NCBI RefSeq assembly: GCF_021869535.1
Contig: NW_026262701.1
Span: 113,708,001 to 113,772,000 of the forward strand
DNA: 64,000 bases
Direction: 5' to 3'
Origin: Mytilus californianus
Lineage: Eukaryota
A model generated the notes under the pieces. The model was not told where the DNA came from and did not search any database. It worked only from the letters and a program-made list of their open reading frames with translations. A program made the position numbers and the translations under genes. Shown in pieces: positions 12,268-25,398 of this stretch. The stretch's first letter is position 1, and the number at the start of each line of letters is the position of its first letter.

Positions 12268-12680
12268 AATGATTATTGGTTGCTTAACGTCCAATTGAAA
12301 TATTTTATGCATGTTCAGGACGAGAACAAATTTACATTAAAATACAATAGGTAGGTCCTGTAGTAGAGGCCGTCCATGATAAATGTCGGTGAACCTTTGA
12401 CATCCTCTGGGGAAAAAAGTATATTGGATAGGGACAAACATTTTTCCTTGCAATATGCCATCTACGGACCCATCAAAGACTAGTTGCAAGGGTTCTTAAC
12501 GTGCAGAGAGCTTTGCACTCTTTTTACTCGAAGGCATCGGATTTAACGGGTCCATTCTGACCGGACGTGGATGCGTACTTGTACATCCCACAGAGTCAAA
12601 CGGACGCCCCATTTTGGAAAGGGTTTTACTACCGGTCGGAAGAAGACATAAGTGACCACATTTCTATTTCCCAGTCACTC
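12268..12680 (-). mobile_element. SINE, Meta/Deu-domain type
   Basis: Reverse complement contains gcacgttaagaacccttgcaac and ggacgttaagcaacc-aat tail. Paralog at 49477-49808 and a relative at 38501-38850. Confidence 0.6.
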
Positions 12681-13860
12681 TTGAGTAATGAACACTAATG
12701 ACAAATGCATAAAACAATATGCAGATTTCTATGTACATTTAGGGACTGAATATCAAAAGTATTTAGAATAAGATCTAAACAAACGGTTAATTAAACATTC
12801 CTAAGCACTAGCGGATGTGACGTACACAGTGGTGTGATTTCCGTTAACAGTTGTGATTTTGCTAATTCAAATTATGCAGTATTCTTTCCCATAGTCTGAT
12901 AAAAATAAATTTGGGAAGCTTATTGAATAGGCTTTTGTCAAAACATTTCTCGAAAAATCTTCTGTTGTAATAATACCCGATCTTAGTTAATTTCTAAAAG
13001 ATATATAACACATTGTTCCTGGACATGCATAGACATGTTTAAGGTTTTCTTGCTTGAAAATAGTTAAAGTTTGTTATGGCAGGATATTTAATAATAAAAT
13101 ATAGTAAAATTATAGTAAAAAAGTACTACTACTAGCAGATATTTTGATGATGTACTGATAATCCCGAGACTATTAAACATGCTGAATGTATTTTTGCTTT
13201 AAAAACCAAGCTTACAATGAAGTAATGAAAAGTTAATAATGACCTTTGTTTTTTACCTTATTGTTATTTGAAAATTTCGAGTCAAATTAAAGTCCCGTGT
13301 GTATGTTGTTCAATAAAATAGTTACTCGCGATTTAAAAAAAAAAACAACTGAAATCCGCCGATACGTACACCCTCACTGACGGATATGATTTAAAAAATG
13401 TTAAATGTTATATGAATAAGTGTTCATGGTGTTGGATTATGGTTGTCATTTATATACGGAAAGATATAAAATACTTGACATTATTTGATTTATACACTTT
13501 TGAAGTCATCCTTCACACTTAGTTTATTTAATTAGTTTGTTCGAACAGTTGAAATTATTCATTAGATGACTGGTAAAATGCAGAATAACTTTTTATGTAA
13601 GCAGCTGTTATCCTCAAAATCCTTAAATACTGGTAGACGAAACAGCTGTAACAGTTACAGTTTGTTTTCCGTTACACTTCTTGCTCAAATAGTGAAATAT
13701 AAATAGGTTTCATTGTGTTCTCCTTTTCAATGTAATTTGTCTTTTTATCCCATTGATAAAATGAATTGGAATAATACGCATTTTCCCCCAAAGAACTATT
13801 TAACACGGATATTGATGATATACTTGAACACATTTGAACTTATTGTGCATCTTATGAAGT

Positions 13861-14633
13861 TCATGAGTTTTGTTCCACAGTTGATATTGCATCATCTTCA
13901 TCGTCAATTTTCCATTCATGTACGAGAACATTCGGCGAGCCGTAGTCGTGACTAGTTATTAACGTGTCCAGTTTTTCAGGAACATATTTTACTTCAAATC
14001 TTTTGTCATGTGTGAGTGTTATGTTCAAAACTTCAGCTACTATTCCGAGGTAGATATCAGCAATACATATTTGTTTCACGTGACGGAAGGTCTTTGCTAA
14101 CATTTACAACATTCATAGACAGTTACATAGATCCACCACTAACGCATGGAGGCCAATGTTTGTTAGGGTAATCGTCAGTAGATACGTACCACTTAGAATA
14201 TTTCTTTCTACGAACTACAGCATGTTCATACTTAAAACCAATGAACACATCCTCGTTTTCAGATTCAGTAATATTTTCAATAAGATCTAGAAGAAGTGGT
14301 ATATTTACATAGTAGTCATCATCTACAAACAGAACAAACTTAGCTTGACTGCAGTCATACACAGCCCAGTCAAATCCCATAATGGTCTTCAGAGTATTGT
14401 TTTTATACTCGTCGATGAAGTCCTCTTGGACCATGTCTTCATACAAATCATATTCCATCTTAGATAATGACGTGATAAGCGGTGAATCCCCTAATAAGTA
14501 CGCTATTTGTATTAAACTGTTTGTAAAGTTCCCTCAAGTTGCTCGGATAGCCAAACGATGCCCAATTTGAAAAACATTAGATTTTACTAAAATTAATAAA
14601 CTTGGGTCAACATGATTACCGGTACATTTACAT
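13861..14633 (-). pseudogene. GT31 beta-1,3-glycosyltransferase (brainiac-like) pseudogene, paralog of 51184-52272
   Basis: A 314-bp deletion right after ATG removes the TM anchor and stem (ATG-TAA). TWG Trp is TGA, GGSML Leu is TAA (14123-14125), there is a 2-nt deletion near 14100, and IDDVY has become IADIY. Confidence 0.92.
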
Positions 14634-17600
14634 ATTGTACTCTTCCGTAACATGAGTAAAGACTAGCTTCGTTTATGTTCATCCATTCTGAAAAAAAAGA
14701 TTAAATATGCCTTCTTTAAAGATCATAAAAATAAAGTTATACCAAAAATAAATAGAAGTAGATGGGGGTATACGTCAAAGGGACAGCAACCCGATGACAA
14801 AAATAATCAGTAGACATATAGATGGAAACATTCAGTCTTCGACAATGGACAGGTGTCTATACAAAATGTTGAGCGAGAGAGACTCGGAATCTGACTGAAT
14901 GAGTTCTTTCTCAACATATTTGAATTAAAAGCACATGAAATCGGCGAAAAACGTTCTTGAAGGTGCCTTAAAATTATCAAATCTCTAAATACCAATACCG
15001 ATTTTTCCTATTATTCAATATATTGTTGATAAGTAAATTTCCGTTTGATTGGGATAAAATAATCATAACTTAGGGTCACCGACATCATCCTTTACCTTGA
15101 ATGTCGGTAATTGAAAATGCAAATGGTACATACAAGAATGAGAATAGCACTTAATTATAGTATACCGGTATGACATGTACGTGTAACAAAAAAACAAGTA
15201 CAAGCAAAACAATAAGACACTATATCGTAACAAATTTGATCATAACTGTTTAAAGACGTGTCTACTTAAGTCAGTGATAAACACATTTTTTGCTTATTTT
15301 AAAAATAACCAAATCACTATAAAAAGTAAAATTAATTGCACTAAAACCACTGCTCTTGTTGATTGATTGATTGATTGATTGGTGTTTGTTTTAGTACTGT
15401 AACGGTTTTGTTCTTTTCGTTTACTCTGCCGTTTGATTATTAAAGTTTATATCGCAAATGTACTGAGTTTTTATCCTTGAACCAAGTGTATTTCAAGTGA
15501 TTATTGACATATGACATAAGTCAGCTGTTACAGGTCTAAAGTTGTCATGCTGCTAATCTTACCAGAATTTTCTTGTCAATACTTTACTTTTAGTTCAAAC
15601 ACATTTAGTCTTTTTATGGATTATGCCATTGTTCATAAATATGTACAGTTTCAAATCAGGCATTTGTCCTGAATCTTTTTAGTTTGACTCTGACATGAAT
15701 GTACAATACAATAATTGTATTGACAAAATTCGCAAAGTGTCCTCATGAGAGCAGAATAATTACGATTAAATCATCGTTACAAGATACAGTAATAAACATG
15801 ATTTAAATGATTAAGTAGATTCAAACATTCGATGTAATATACATTTAAGAAAAAACTGCAGATAACATATTGACGAATAACAGCGAAAAATCCTTATTAC
15901 CATAGCAAATAGTTTATTCTGTACAATAAGAATATTGCTTTAAAATATTGCAATTAAAATAATCAAGTTAAGGTTTATCGTTCCACAGATTAAGGCCTTT
16001 CATTTAAGGATAGTCTCTACTCATGTTTTTATAAAAATAAGAGAAGACGATATTTTTTAAAGAAGATGTGGTATGATTGCCATTGAGACAACTCACCACC
16101 AGAGACCAAATGGCATAAGCCTTCAACAATGAGCAAAACCCATACCGCATAGTCAGTCATAAAAGGCCCCGAAATAATGACAAATGTAAAACAATTCAAA
16201 AGAGAAAACTAACGGGTGATTTATGTACAAAACAAAGAACGAAAAACAAATATGATATACAGCAACACTTTTGACTTTTTGTCTGATACTTGGAATCCTC
16301 TAGTTTTATATATGTAGTGCTAATACAACTTTTGCCCAACAAAGCTCTACTTTTCTTTTCTTAATTTATTACATATAATTTAAAAAGCCATTTGTGAAAA
16401 TCTTATACAGTCCTTGTTTTTTTTATAGTTTTTGAGAGAAGAAAAGTTGCCAATGTTAAATGTATGAAAAATCTAGAGAGAATCATTTCCTGTCAAATTT
16501 TCAATTGAATATATATTGCATCTTGAAAACAAGGACACAGACTTGTCTTTTTTTGTACTTTTAAAGTTCCGCTATTTATATACAGTCTTTTTAAACGCTT
16601 GTTATATGGAGACGGCGTAGCGAAAAATTCCACAAACTTTTCATTTTTATTTCAATTGGTGTGACCTTTAACACCGAATTGTTCAGTACATTTATTGGTA
16701 ACTTTATAAATTTGAGAGTCGTAAACTAACACAAAACCTGCTTTATCGTACTTATCTAAATCAAGACTATAATCTCTGATAATAAATACATATGTTGCCA
16801 ACTATAACTTTTAAGGTGATCGTAAGGAGTGTGTGAATAGAAGTTACGTGTTTCTTTACAAATTCTTTAATATGTTGCAATACAAATAACTGCAATATTG
16901 ACATAGGTCTTAACCGAAAAGCAAAGTAAACTCGCTTATCTAATATATTTCCTGATTACACGATGGAATGAGGTTCATCTTTTAAAATCATTGAATATTT
17001 TGATATCTGACATATTTTTCGGAAAGAAACTAAATGAATTTCAATTGTTTGAGCCCTTTTGTTTAGATGTCGATGCTCATAACCGTCCAATGTATTTGCT
17101 TCCCTCTTTTATGCCTGATAAAGGTTATATGCGAACAAACGAGGGTCGCATGGAAATTTTTTTGAATTGTATCACTGATTTTTATATCTTTATGTTCAGT
17201 TTCTTTAGAAAGGTGTTTCAAACGCATACAGGTTTTATTTTTGATTATCGAAATACCTGAAAAACAAATCAAACAAAATATAATTAAAAATTTACATAAA
17301 GATGCAATCAACAGGTACCTTGATTTGGTTTGGAATATCCTACTATTCATTAAGTAAGAAGAAATCAAGTTTTGCAGAGGTCAAGTTTGTAGTAGTTTAG
17401 AGACCTTTTGCAATATTGATATTAATATAAATGTTCGGAACAATGACTTGAGGCTGCCAGATTCTAACTGAAATGAAAAATAGATTCAGGGAATTTGTTT
17501 TGGACACGAACTTGTCGATGGAATAGATGTATGTAGTATAACAGGAAATAGTTTCATAAGTTCAAATTCAGGAGTCTGTAATTCAGTAGTTTTCTTTGGT

Positions 17601-19344
17601 TGCTGTCTGTCATATTTTTTTATCCGTTTATTGTTTTGTCATAAGTTAGGCTATTGTTTTTTTCTTTGGAATTGTATCAGATTGTGTCACTTGGGAGTCT
17701 TTTACAGCTGACCATACGGTTTGAGTGTAACTTATTGTTGCAGGCCGTATGGTGGCAAATATTGGCTTAAATCGACGTCATTTGATCTTTATGAATAGCT
17801 ATCTCATTGGCAATCGTACCACATCACCTTATTGTATATTCATACTTTCATTTTAAAGTGACTTTGAATTGGGTGTTTTGATCGAAGTCGTGAAATATGG
17901 AACTGACCGGACACTTCAACAAATGGTTCACGAGAAAAGATGAAACTTTTGGGAGCTTATTCACAAAGCATCCGTTAACTAACGAACATATTCATATCTC
18001 TGTTCAGTTTCCGGTAATTTTTAGTTTCGACAGAATCATTACATACATTTTATTTACTTTTTGGATGATTTTTAAGAAATGGGAAGCTTTTGATTAACTT
18101 AAAATGATGTATATCATAAATATTTTTTATCATCTAACTAGAGAACTTAAGTAGTGGTCTATATAATAATCATGCGAAAACCAAATTTAGTGATACACTT
18201 CATGAAAGGCTACATAATTACAGTTTATGTATGTCAAACAGTTGCAATATGAATGTAGCTGTAAGGAAATGAGTAATGTTTCCGTTTACTTCTTTACATG
18301 ACTGATATACAATATATTCTATAGGGTAATAATTTTCGATTTATCTCCCGCTTCCTCTCTTCTCCTAATTAAATATCAAAAACTTTTATTCGAAGTATTT
18401 CTACCCATGAATCATTTTGCATGATTTTTATATTGGCTGGTACTTAAAAATGTCTCAACTTATTCGGTATATGAACAAAAAACAAAATCTTTATTTGCAT
18501 TACATTTGACAAATTTTCGCTCTCCTGTTTTCTGAGATTTCATGATAAAAATCTAAGTGTTTTACTTAAGATAATTATTTCTTGTTATGAAACTTAGTCA
18601 TTTTCCGAAAAACAATCATGTGTGTTAAGTTTGAAGTTACATTTTAAATGTTACATATGAAAAATTTTACCGGGTTTTCTAGTATCTTAGATTTAATGAT
18701 AAAATCTTAGTTTTTGCCTCAATGTACTATTTTCATTTCATATGTCTTCATGTAATGCTTCATTAATAACATTCATACTACAATTTCTAAGTTTTCATAG
18801 ATTTGAAAAAAAATCCAATCTAATCCAAACTATAACTATTAGCTTCGTACAATTTTAGTATATACATTTGAGGACATCATGGCCACATGAATACTCAAGA
18901 AGTTTCTGTACCAGTTTTAATAATGTTCATGTTTACGCCTTTTATGCATAGATTGTCTGGACTATACCAGCCATCCATTTAAAACAAATGATTTCCCAGT
19001 GCTAAATATGAAAGCAAAATAGTTTAACAAATAAAACGTTGACACAGAGATAAGCTATGTTATTTTGTTAGTATAATGCAAATGTTTATATTAACACTGC
19101 AATACTTTGAACCAAAAATGGTTCCACTTAACCTGACCCTATTACAAACAATAACATTTAAACAATCAAACGTTTCAAAGTCAATAGACTATGGCTTTAG
19201 AGGCAGGGCCAAACATTCCCCATGGATATGAGATGTGTAAAATGAATGCTTGTTCAATTCTATACCAAATATCATCGACATATATAAGTGGTTTCCCTTA
19301 AACTTACAAACCGTTAACACAGTATTGACGGTCTCGTCTCTACT

Positions 19345-19620
19345 ACTTCTTGAAAGCTGGGGCTACATTTACATGTTTCCGATCCTTCGACCTTCTCCAG
19401 TTTCAAGAGACATTTTAAATATTAATGTAAGGATTGGTGAAACTTGTTCCTTTGTTCTTTAAGGACTCGGCCATTGATATTATCAGGACCACAAGCTTTA
19501 TGTGGATTAAATATTGACAATTATTTTGTAATACCTGCTTCATTAACTGTTATGTTTGGCATTTAAGGGGTTTCTACGTATGTCTGAGATCATATCATCT
19601 GTTTTATTAGTAAATACAGA
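19345..19620 (-). mobile_element. Non-LTR retrotransposon (CR1/L2-like) ORF2 fragment
   Basis: Decayed PNITVNEAGITK..NPHKACGPDNINGRVLKE..PILTLIFKMSLETG..NVAPAFKK. Paralog of 32320-32590. Confidence 0.8.
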
Positions 19621-20677
19621 ATAAAACTTCATGTTAAATATTTGTTTTTCCTCTGTGTTTGTAAATTGCTTGTCATCTTTTTGAAAGGTGCAACACCAGA
19701 GTTATCAGATTGTGTACTATAAATGAAGAGATTTTTGTTTTTTTGTTTTTTTATGTTTCATATAGACCAGATTATGATATTGGTATCACAGATCATTTTT
19801 TCAAAATATTTCCAATATCCTAAACGTTATTTTTTTTACTATAACGTTGTGCACGATGTCCCTACAACACGACGTTACACCAAAAATGGGACGTCAAAGA
19901 GTGTTTTCGGAAATTTTGACGTCGATTAATTAAATTTGTTAGTTTCATTCGTTTTTTTATATGTTATGGGTTGATTCTGTCTCTGTTATTTTTGTGATGT
20001 ATTTTTACCATGAATTACCTCAAGTTGTAGAAATCGGTTAACAATGTTTACCCTTAATTCCCCTTAAAATGCTTTATCCCCGGCTTAGTATATTTCTAGG
20101 ATTTTGATTGGATAACGCACGTCGTTACAAAACCCATAGCCCTTGGGTGTTGCTAACCCATATACCCGGACGTTGCTATCCATTACCCCGGAGGACGTCA
20201 CGCGCGTTTTCCTTAGTTCCATGGTTGCTCTTTGTGACATATAGAATTCTGTAGATTATTCATGATGTCTGTAATTAAATATTTAATCCACTAACGATGT
20301 TATCTTATTTTGTTGATCATTTGCACCCATTTTAGTAAATGCATCACTTGGCTGCCACATTGTCTATGAATGGGACTACTGACCTAGCTATGCAAATGAC
20401 CCACGTTGACGTCACACCGTCTATGATGTAATTCTCACAACATTGAGCGCCAAATTCGACCCACTCTAGTTTCTCTGTCTCCGTATTAAAAACGTCTTAT
20501 ATATGACTACCTGTAGGGTTCTACCAAAGGTAGTACCCTACACCCCGTGAAAGATATGTCAAATTCCCAAATTTCAATAAAAGATTTTTAGAAAATGAAA
20601 AAAACGTTGCTAATTACACTTTATGGTCGAATTTCTCTAAAAATCGACAGATTTGGACTAAGACCGGGAATAAATTC

Positions 20678-20817
20678 GTTATCTACGTTCATATCCGTAG
20701 ATATGGATATTTTAACACCCTTCAGTACCCTGTACACCCTTCGGCTTTGCCTCAGGGTGTACTTGGATACTTCAGGGTGTTAAAATATCCATATCTACGG
20801 ATATGAACGTAGATAAC
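20678..20817. repeat. 140-bp palindrome with perfect 44-bp outer arms
   Basis: gttatctacgttcatatccgtagatatggatattttaacaccct and its exact reverse complement. Imperfect inner arms and a central ttcggctttgcctc. Confidence 0.9.
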
Positions 20818-20899
20818 TTATAGTATTGTCGTAAATAATATAGGAATGCAAAATGGGACGGAATTATTAAATATACAGTTTTCCATAGATAAATTAAAA

Positions 20900-21631
20900 C
20901 ATAATTTTAGAAGCACAAAACTTAAATGACAGGCTGCTAAAATTTTATGGTGCATATCATATGTCATTGTAAATTTTCCATATCTTGATTCAACCCCAAT
21001 ACAAATATATCCGACACTCTGCAAGTAAATTATTTTTTTTACCCTTGATTAATTTGAAATGAATTGTACTTTCCTTGACACACAATTTGTCGAAATACAG
21101 CCCTTCTATTATTTGAACCCCAGCTTCAAAATTATTTCCCCAGTCATCTATAGTTTCTTGCTTAAGTTTTCTAACGTCTGATGTACTTTTTAAATTTTAG
21201 AATTCTTCTCTTGGATCGTCCGTAAAAACGGGTAATACAATCCCGGGTTGTATTATTTCAATGAAACTGTTTTCGTCGATGTTTGCAATTAGTCTTTCAG
21301 TTACCTCCGTTTCATGCACAAGTTTATTTTGACGAAAAGGTCCGGCTTCGCTAGTACATGAACTAGTTTCAGTACGACAGTTATAACATGAGTAGCAGGA
21401 CAAGTCGCGAACTAAAACTTTTCGAGTACTTGTACTTTTAATTTGGTGAATGTACCTTACTGAAGGGGCGACTTTAAATGATCTATATATATTTCAGGGT
21501 ACTTCCGCAACATAACGAAAAATTCACCTTTAACATATAGAGGACTGTCTTGGTGTCCCCAAATTGTCTTTGCAAAAGTTGTACATATCATTAATATCAT
21601 TCTGAATCAAACATTTGCCTCTAGCAACAAT
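20900..21631 (-). pseudogene. Decayed transposase-like C-terminal coding region
   Basis: Largely one frame with stops: IVARGKCLIQNDINDMYNFCKDNL..IFRYVAEVP..RYIHQIKSTSTRKVLVRDLSCYSCYNC..VFTDDPREEF, then TIDDWGNNFEAGVQIIEGLYFDK..SVGYICIGV. Lies inside the TIR element. Confidence 0.55.
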
Positions 21632-22699
21632 AAATCACTAAAAGCTAAAAATGGTTATAAAACATCAAAATTTAATCTGTGTCGAATCTATGTTCCGAGT
21701 TTGTCAATATGCACTATTCTTTTTTCTACAGCCTTAAATATCTTTTTCGAAATTTCACCACACGATTTGTTTTTATTATCAGGAACATTTAATTGAAACA
21801 AATTTAGCACATGCAACGTCGGAAATAAGCGTTTTTCGGATTTTTCGACGTTTTCACTCGTTTGGACAAAATGGCTACCGTTTTGTAATGTTTCGTAGCA
21901 TTTAATTCCTTTCAGACCCAAGCATGAAGTTAATAAAAAAACAAATCTAGGCATTGTGTACTCTTCGTGTATCTAACTTTTGTTTTTATACATTATAAAT
22001 AACTTATTGAAATATCAGTTAAAAACCCACATTAATTGCTTTGACAAATGAAATATCAACTTGGACAAAATGACTACCGCTTGAACAATGAGGCAAATAT
22101 TTGTACTATTGGTAGATGTTATTATTATCTTACCATTTTTAGACATTTTCTGCTATATCTACTTATAAAATACACTTTCAGTCGTTGAGTCAACGAAAAA
22201 CGTCGTTGGACATTTTTCTTATTCCAGCTTAATATGCAGCCGCCGAGTCAAATAAAATTTGACAAAAAAATGACTTAATTGTCAAAAAGAACCGACACAT
22301 ATCGTTGTTCTTTCCAAGTTTCAGGAAGATAAGAGACTAATAAATTCAAATATACTAGATATTACTAAGCATATGACCAAGAGCTATACGAACATTATTG
22401 AAAACATAATTATACTGAATTTGTTTTTATAGTGGTTAGTGTTTGCTAACATTTTTGTTTTGTTTTGCGGAGGAAATGTCGAAGATTCTTTTTTAAATCC
22501 TATGGGTTGTAGGAACAGCGTGCGTAACGTATATATTATTATTATTGATCTTTCTTCCTTTTTATATCAGCTTTGTATTCTTGTTTATGAGCTTACACTC
22601 TTCAACTGTTACCCAAGGTTGTCTATTTTTGTTAGTGATAACTTTGTGTGGTACATTTTTCCTAATAGATTTTAATAGGTCTATCTTCTTCGAAAATAG

Positions 22700-23245
22700 A
22701 CTGACAACGCCATGTCAAAAAAGACCAAAAGACAAACAACAATACATCAAACAAAACATAGACAACTAAACTAAAGACTGAGAAACACGCACCTCACCAA
22801 ACACTGGGAGTCATCTCAGATTTTCCGGAAGGGTAAGTAGGTCATGCTTCTTATGTGGCATTCGACGTGTTGCTCATGTAAGTACAAAACCGATGATAAG
22901 TCTAATTCTGTAGGAAACATTCGAGGAAAACGGAATGGGATTGAGGTTATTGGAACATATCCGTCGTCATCTGTGAAACAGATATTCCATAACAGTCAAC
23001 TGATTTGTAATGGCGCCCATACCATTTACGAAGAGATGATTCAACTTCACCACTTGAAACTCTTGATTTAATAGCTTTTTTGTAAGCAGCAACCATCTAC
23101 CTAGAAAATTATGATAGGATATGCATCCTCTGAGTATCGTATCAACTGAGAACTATGCATGTGCTGCTTGAATGTTGCCATATAGAAATGGAAAGTTTAC
23201 AATTTGGAAATAAAATCATCTGTTTGTCGTAAAGTGTGGCTCTAA
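22700..23245 (-). mobile_element. Penelope-like element 3' fragment (RT thumb plus 3' UTR)
   Basis: Reverse complement gives LYDK.DDF..IVNFPFLYGNI..SQLIRYS..LLTKKLLNQEF..SLRKWYGRH. Paralog at 33200-33720. Confidence 0.8.
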
Positions 23246-23989
23246 ACCGTAAATCATTTTCAATTTCTAGTTAAATCAAGGGGCAGTCTTAATTGTGTCT
23301 GTTGTATCATTTTTTTTTCAAGTTCGTACTATTCGGGAATGCCTAATATTTGTTGAAAAACACTTATTCCGAAAGAAAATAAATATATTGTCAATCAAGA
23401 ATTAATCAAGCATCTTGATGAAGCAAGTTCCATAGATTTTTTTAAAATCATAGTGTTTTTTACCAAAAATGATTTGTCTCTCCCTTAAACTAGAAACTTG
23501 TATCTATGCTGGCCATTCTGTAAATATTTAATCGGTAAAGATAATGAATTATGTTTGATTGAGTTGACTTCAAAGTGTCACATTTTCATAAATTTCAGAG
23601 TCCAACGGCAAATCTCCAGCATCTTTCGTACAAATACAGAGTTGTTAAACTATTTCAGTACTGGCACTAAGGAATATAAAAAAATAGGATGAATCCTTAC
23701 ATTACAGATACAGAACAACATACTCTCCTTGATGAAGAAGACAAGAAAAAATATTTACTTTCCAATGTTGCATTAACAGTGTTAACCAGAGGGTTTGAGA
23801 TACAATTTAAGCATCAGTAAATATACCGTTAAGTTAAGAACATCTTAAGACACCTAAATTGGTGTTTTAATCTTACATTGTAGGACAATTCCTATGATTT
23901 ATCCTAAATTGCGACAAATTTGATAAGCCGTCTTATGACAAGAACAAAGATAGTTTAAGGAACACTGAAGGGGCAATATATATATATTG

Positions 23990-24551
23990 GCAGTCAGCAG
24001 GGTTTAAGAACATTTGTTGTTCGACCTGCTAGTCAATGCGTTTTGTTAAAATATACTTTTTCACTTTTTTGGTCTTTTGGAAAATGTTGTTTGTGCTGTA
24101 TTTAGACCCCTCTAACAAGAAATTTGTTTTGCATGCACACGTATAAAAATTGCGGTTTTTATCCAACGCAATCATAGGTTTGAACGTTGTTTTCAATTAA
24201 GACTTGTTTATATTTTTTCGTTTGGGCTTGTATTATATTTTCCTACGGGTTTATATGATCCGTTCATCCTATTTCGACTCTCTAATATTCAAGAGTCTAT
24301 CCTAAATTCAGGTAAATTATATGGCCTTCCAAATACCGTTTCGATCCCTAACATCACTGAAGAGACATTAATTGTCGAAATCCGGATATGGTGTAGAAAA
24401 AACTTTTGCACCTTTGTTTGTGGTATAGCATCTTTGCCGCAAGTTTATTGTTTTCTGTTTGGTATTAAATTTATAGTTAAGATCGACTTATTACACCTTG
24501 TGATCCGTTTATTTGGCAATCGCAAATTGCAGTCAGCAGGGTTTAAGAACA
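23990..24551 (+). mobile_element. Retrozyme-like / PLE pseudo-LTR unit, 539 nt with 23-nt terminal redundancy
   Basis: Identical gcagtcagcagggtttaagaaca at 23990-24012 and 24529-24551, with an internal hammerhead. Inserted after a (TA)n tract. Confidence 0.7.
24348..24396 (+). ncRNA. Minimal type I hammerhead ribozyme, core intact
   Basis: Stem I ctaacatca/tggtgtag; CUGAAGA 24357-24363; stem II gaca-ttaat-tgtc; GAAA 24377-24380; palindromic UCCGGA helix III; AUA cleavage triplet (cut predicted after 24388). Confidence 0.82.
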
Positions 24552-25398
24552 GAAGTAACGATACATGTACTCAATAAATAAATTATATAAACGCCTGAAA
24601 AGTGTACAAAACAACACCAATAACAAAAAAAGAAAACTATAAATGTAATTATTTATAAATATTTCGGATAACAGATATCCTTCATCAGTATGATTATGAT
24701 CCATGGATGTCAAATGAATCATATCAATCTACTTTGATTAAACTATAACAATCTTGAAATTTATACAATAAAACAGTTAAACCGAACATCATAGTTTAGA
24801 CGCTTGTACAATTCTAAAATTTTAAACGCAACATAGGTTATATATATATATATATATATATAAGGCATCCAGGTAATAAAATATGAAGTTTTAAAAGATA
24901 AAATAAAGGCATACAGACTTTATAGCATGTTCAGTGCTAATATTGACTTATATTGTGATTGGTCTTTGCAATTTGCATGTATTTTTCTTTGGATATTCAG
25001 TATGAAGAAAACAGAAATTGCAATTAGAAAAGGACTTTGTATATTATGCAAAGGAAAAGCGATTTAAACACCAAGTACTAGATCAAATAAATTATCGGCA
25101 ATTTGACCAATTTCCCCTTCAACACACTGCTTTAGATTTTTCTATATCAGGGACAGGCCCTGATTCTAGACAATATTAGACAATGATGTCAAGTAACAGT
25201 GCAGGAACGTCAAACGTTCATGTTCATCCGCGTAAATTTATCAATAAAAGGCACTCGACTTCATTCATACAACCGAACAGCTATCTAAACATTTTGCATG
25301 TTACTAACTATTTCATTTTATTTCATATTCTTCACCAAAACATATTGTTAAGACAAAATTGCAGATAAAAAGGATAATAACATATTTGTTTTTGATAT

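Larger units (their letters stand above)
458..19170. repeat. Segmental duplication copy A (paralog of 40933-57850), carrying caspase and GT31 pseudogenes
   Basis: Colinear matches throughout, e.g. 458-755/40933-41229, 5110-5249/41232-41369, 5471-9656/42361-46305, 9859-10526/48593-49280 and 11848-19170/49285-57850. Interrupted by copy-specific insertions and deletions. Confidence 0.92.
19844..22530. mobile_element. DNA transposon (~2.7 kb) with 25-bp imperfect TIRs, superfamily unassigned
   Basis: acgttgtgcacgatgtccctacaac (19844) versus the reverse complement of gttgtaggaacagcgtgcgtaacgt (22506-22530): 21/25 match. ATA flanks both ends. Absent from the paralog near 33050. Confidence 0.72.
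19345..23985. repeat. Second segmental duplication, copy A-prime (paralog of 32320-34465)
   Basis: Colinear matches 19345-19830/32320-33045 and 22534-23985/33055-34462. This copy has a 2.7-kb transposon insertion. Confidence 0.9.

Noticed and set aside
23990-24551. 23-bp direct repeat read as a target-site duplication
   Set aside because: The same motif is internal to the family copy at 34645-34668, between the same X and Y segments, so it belongs to the element.
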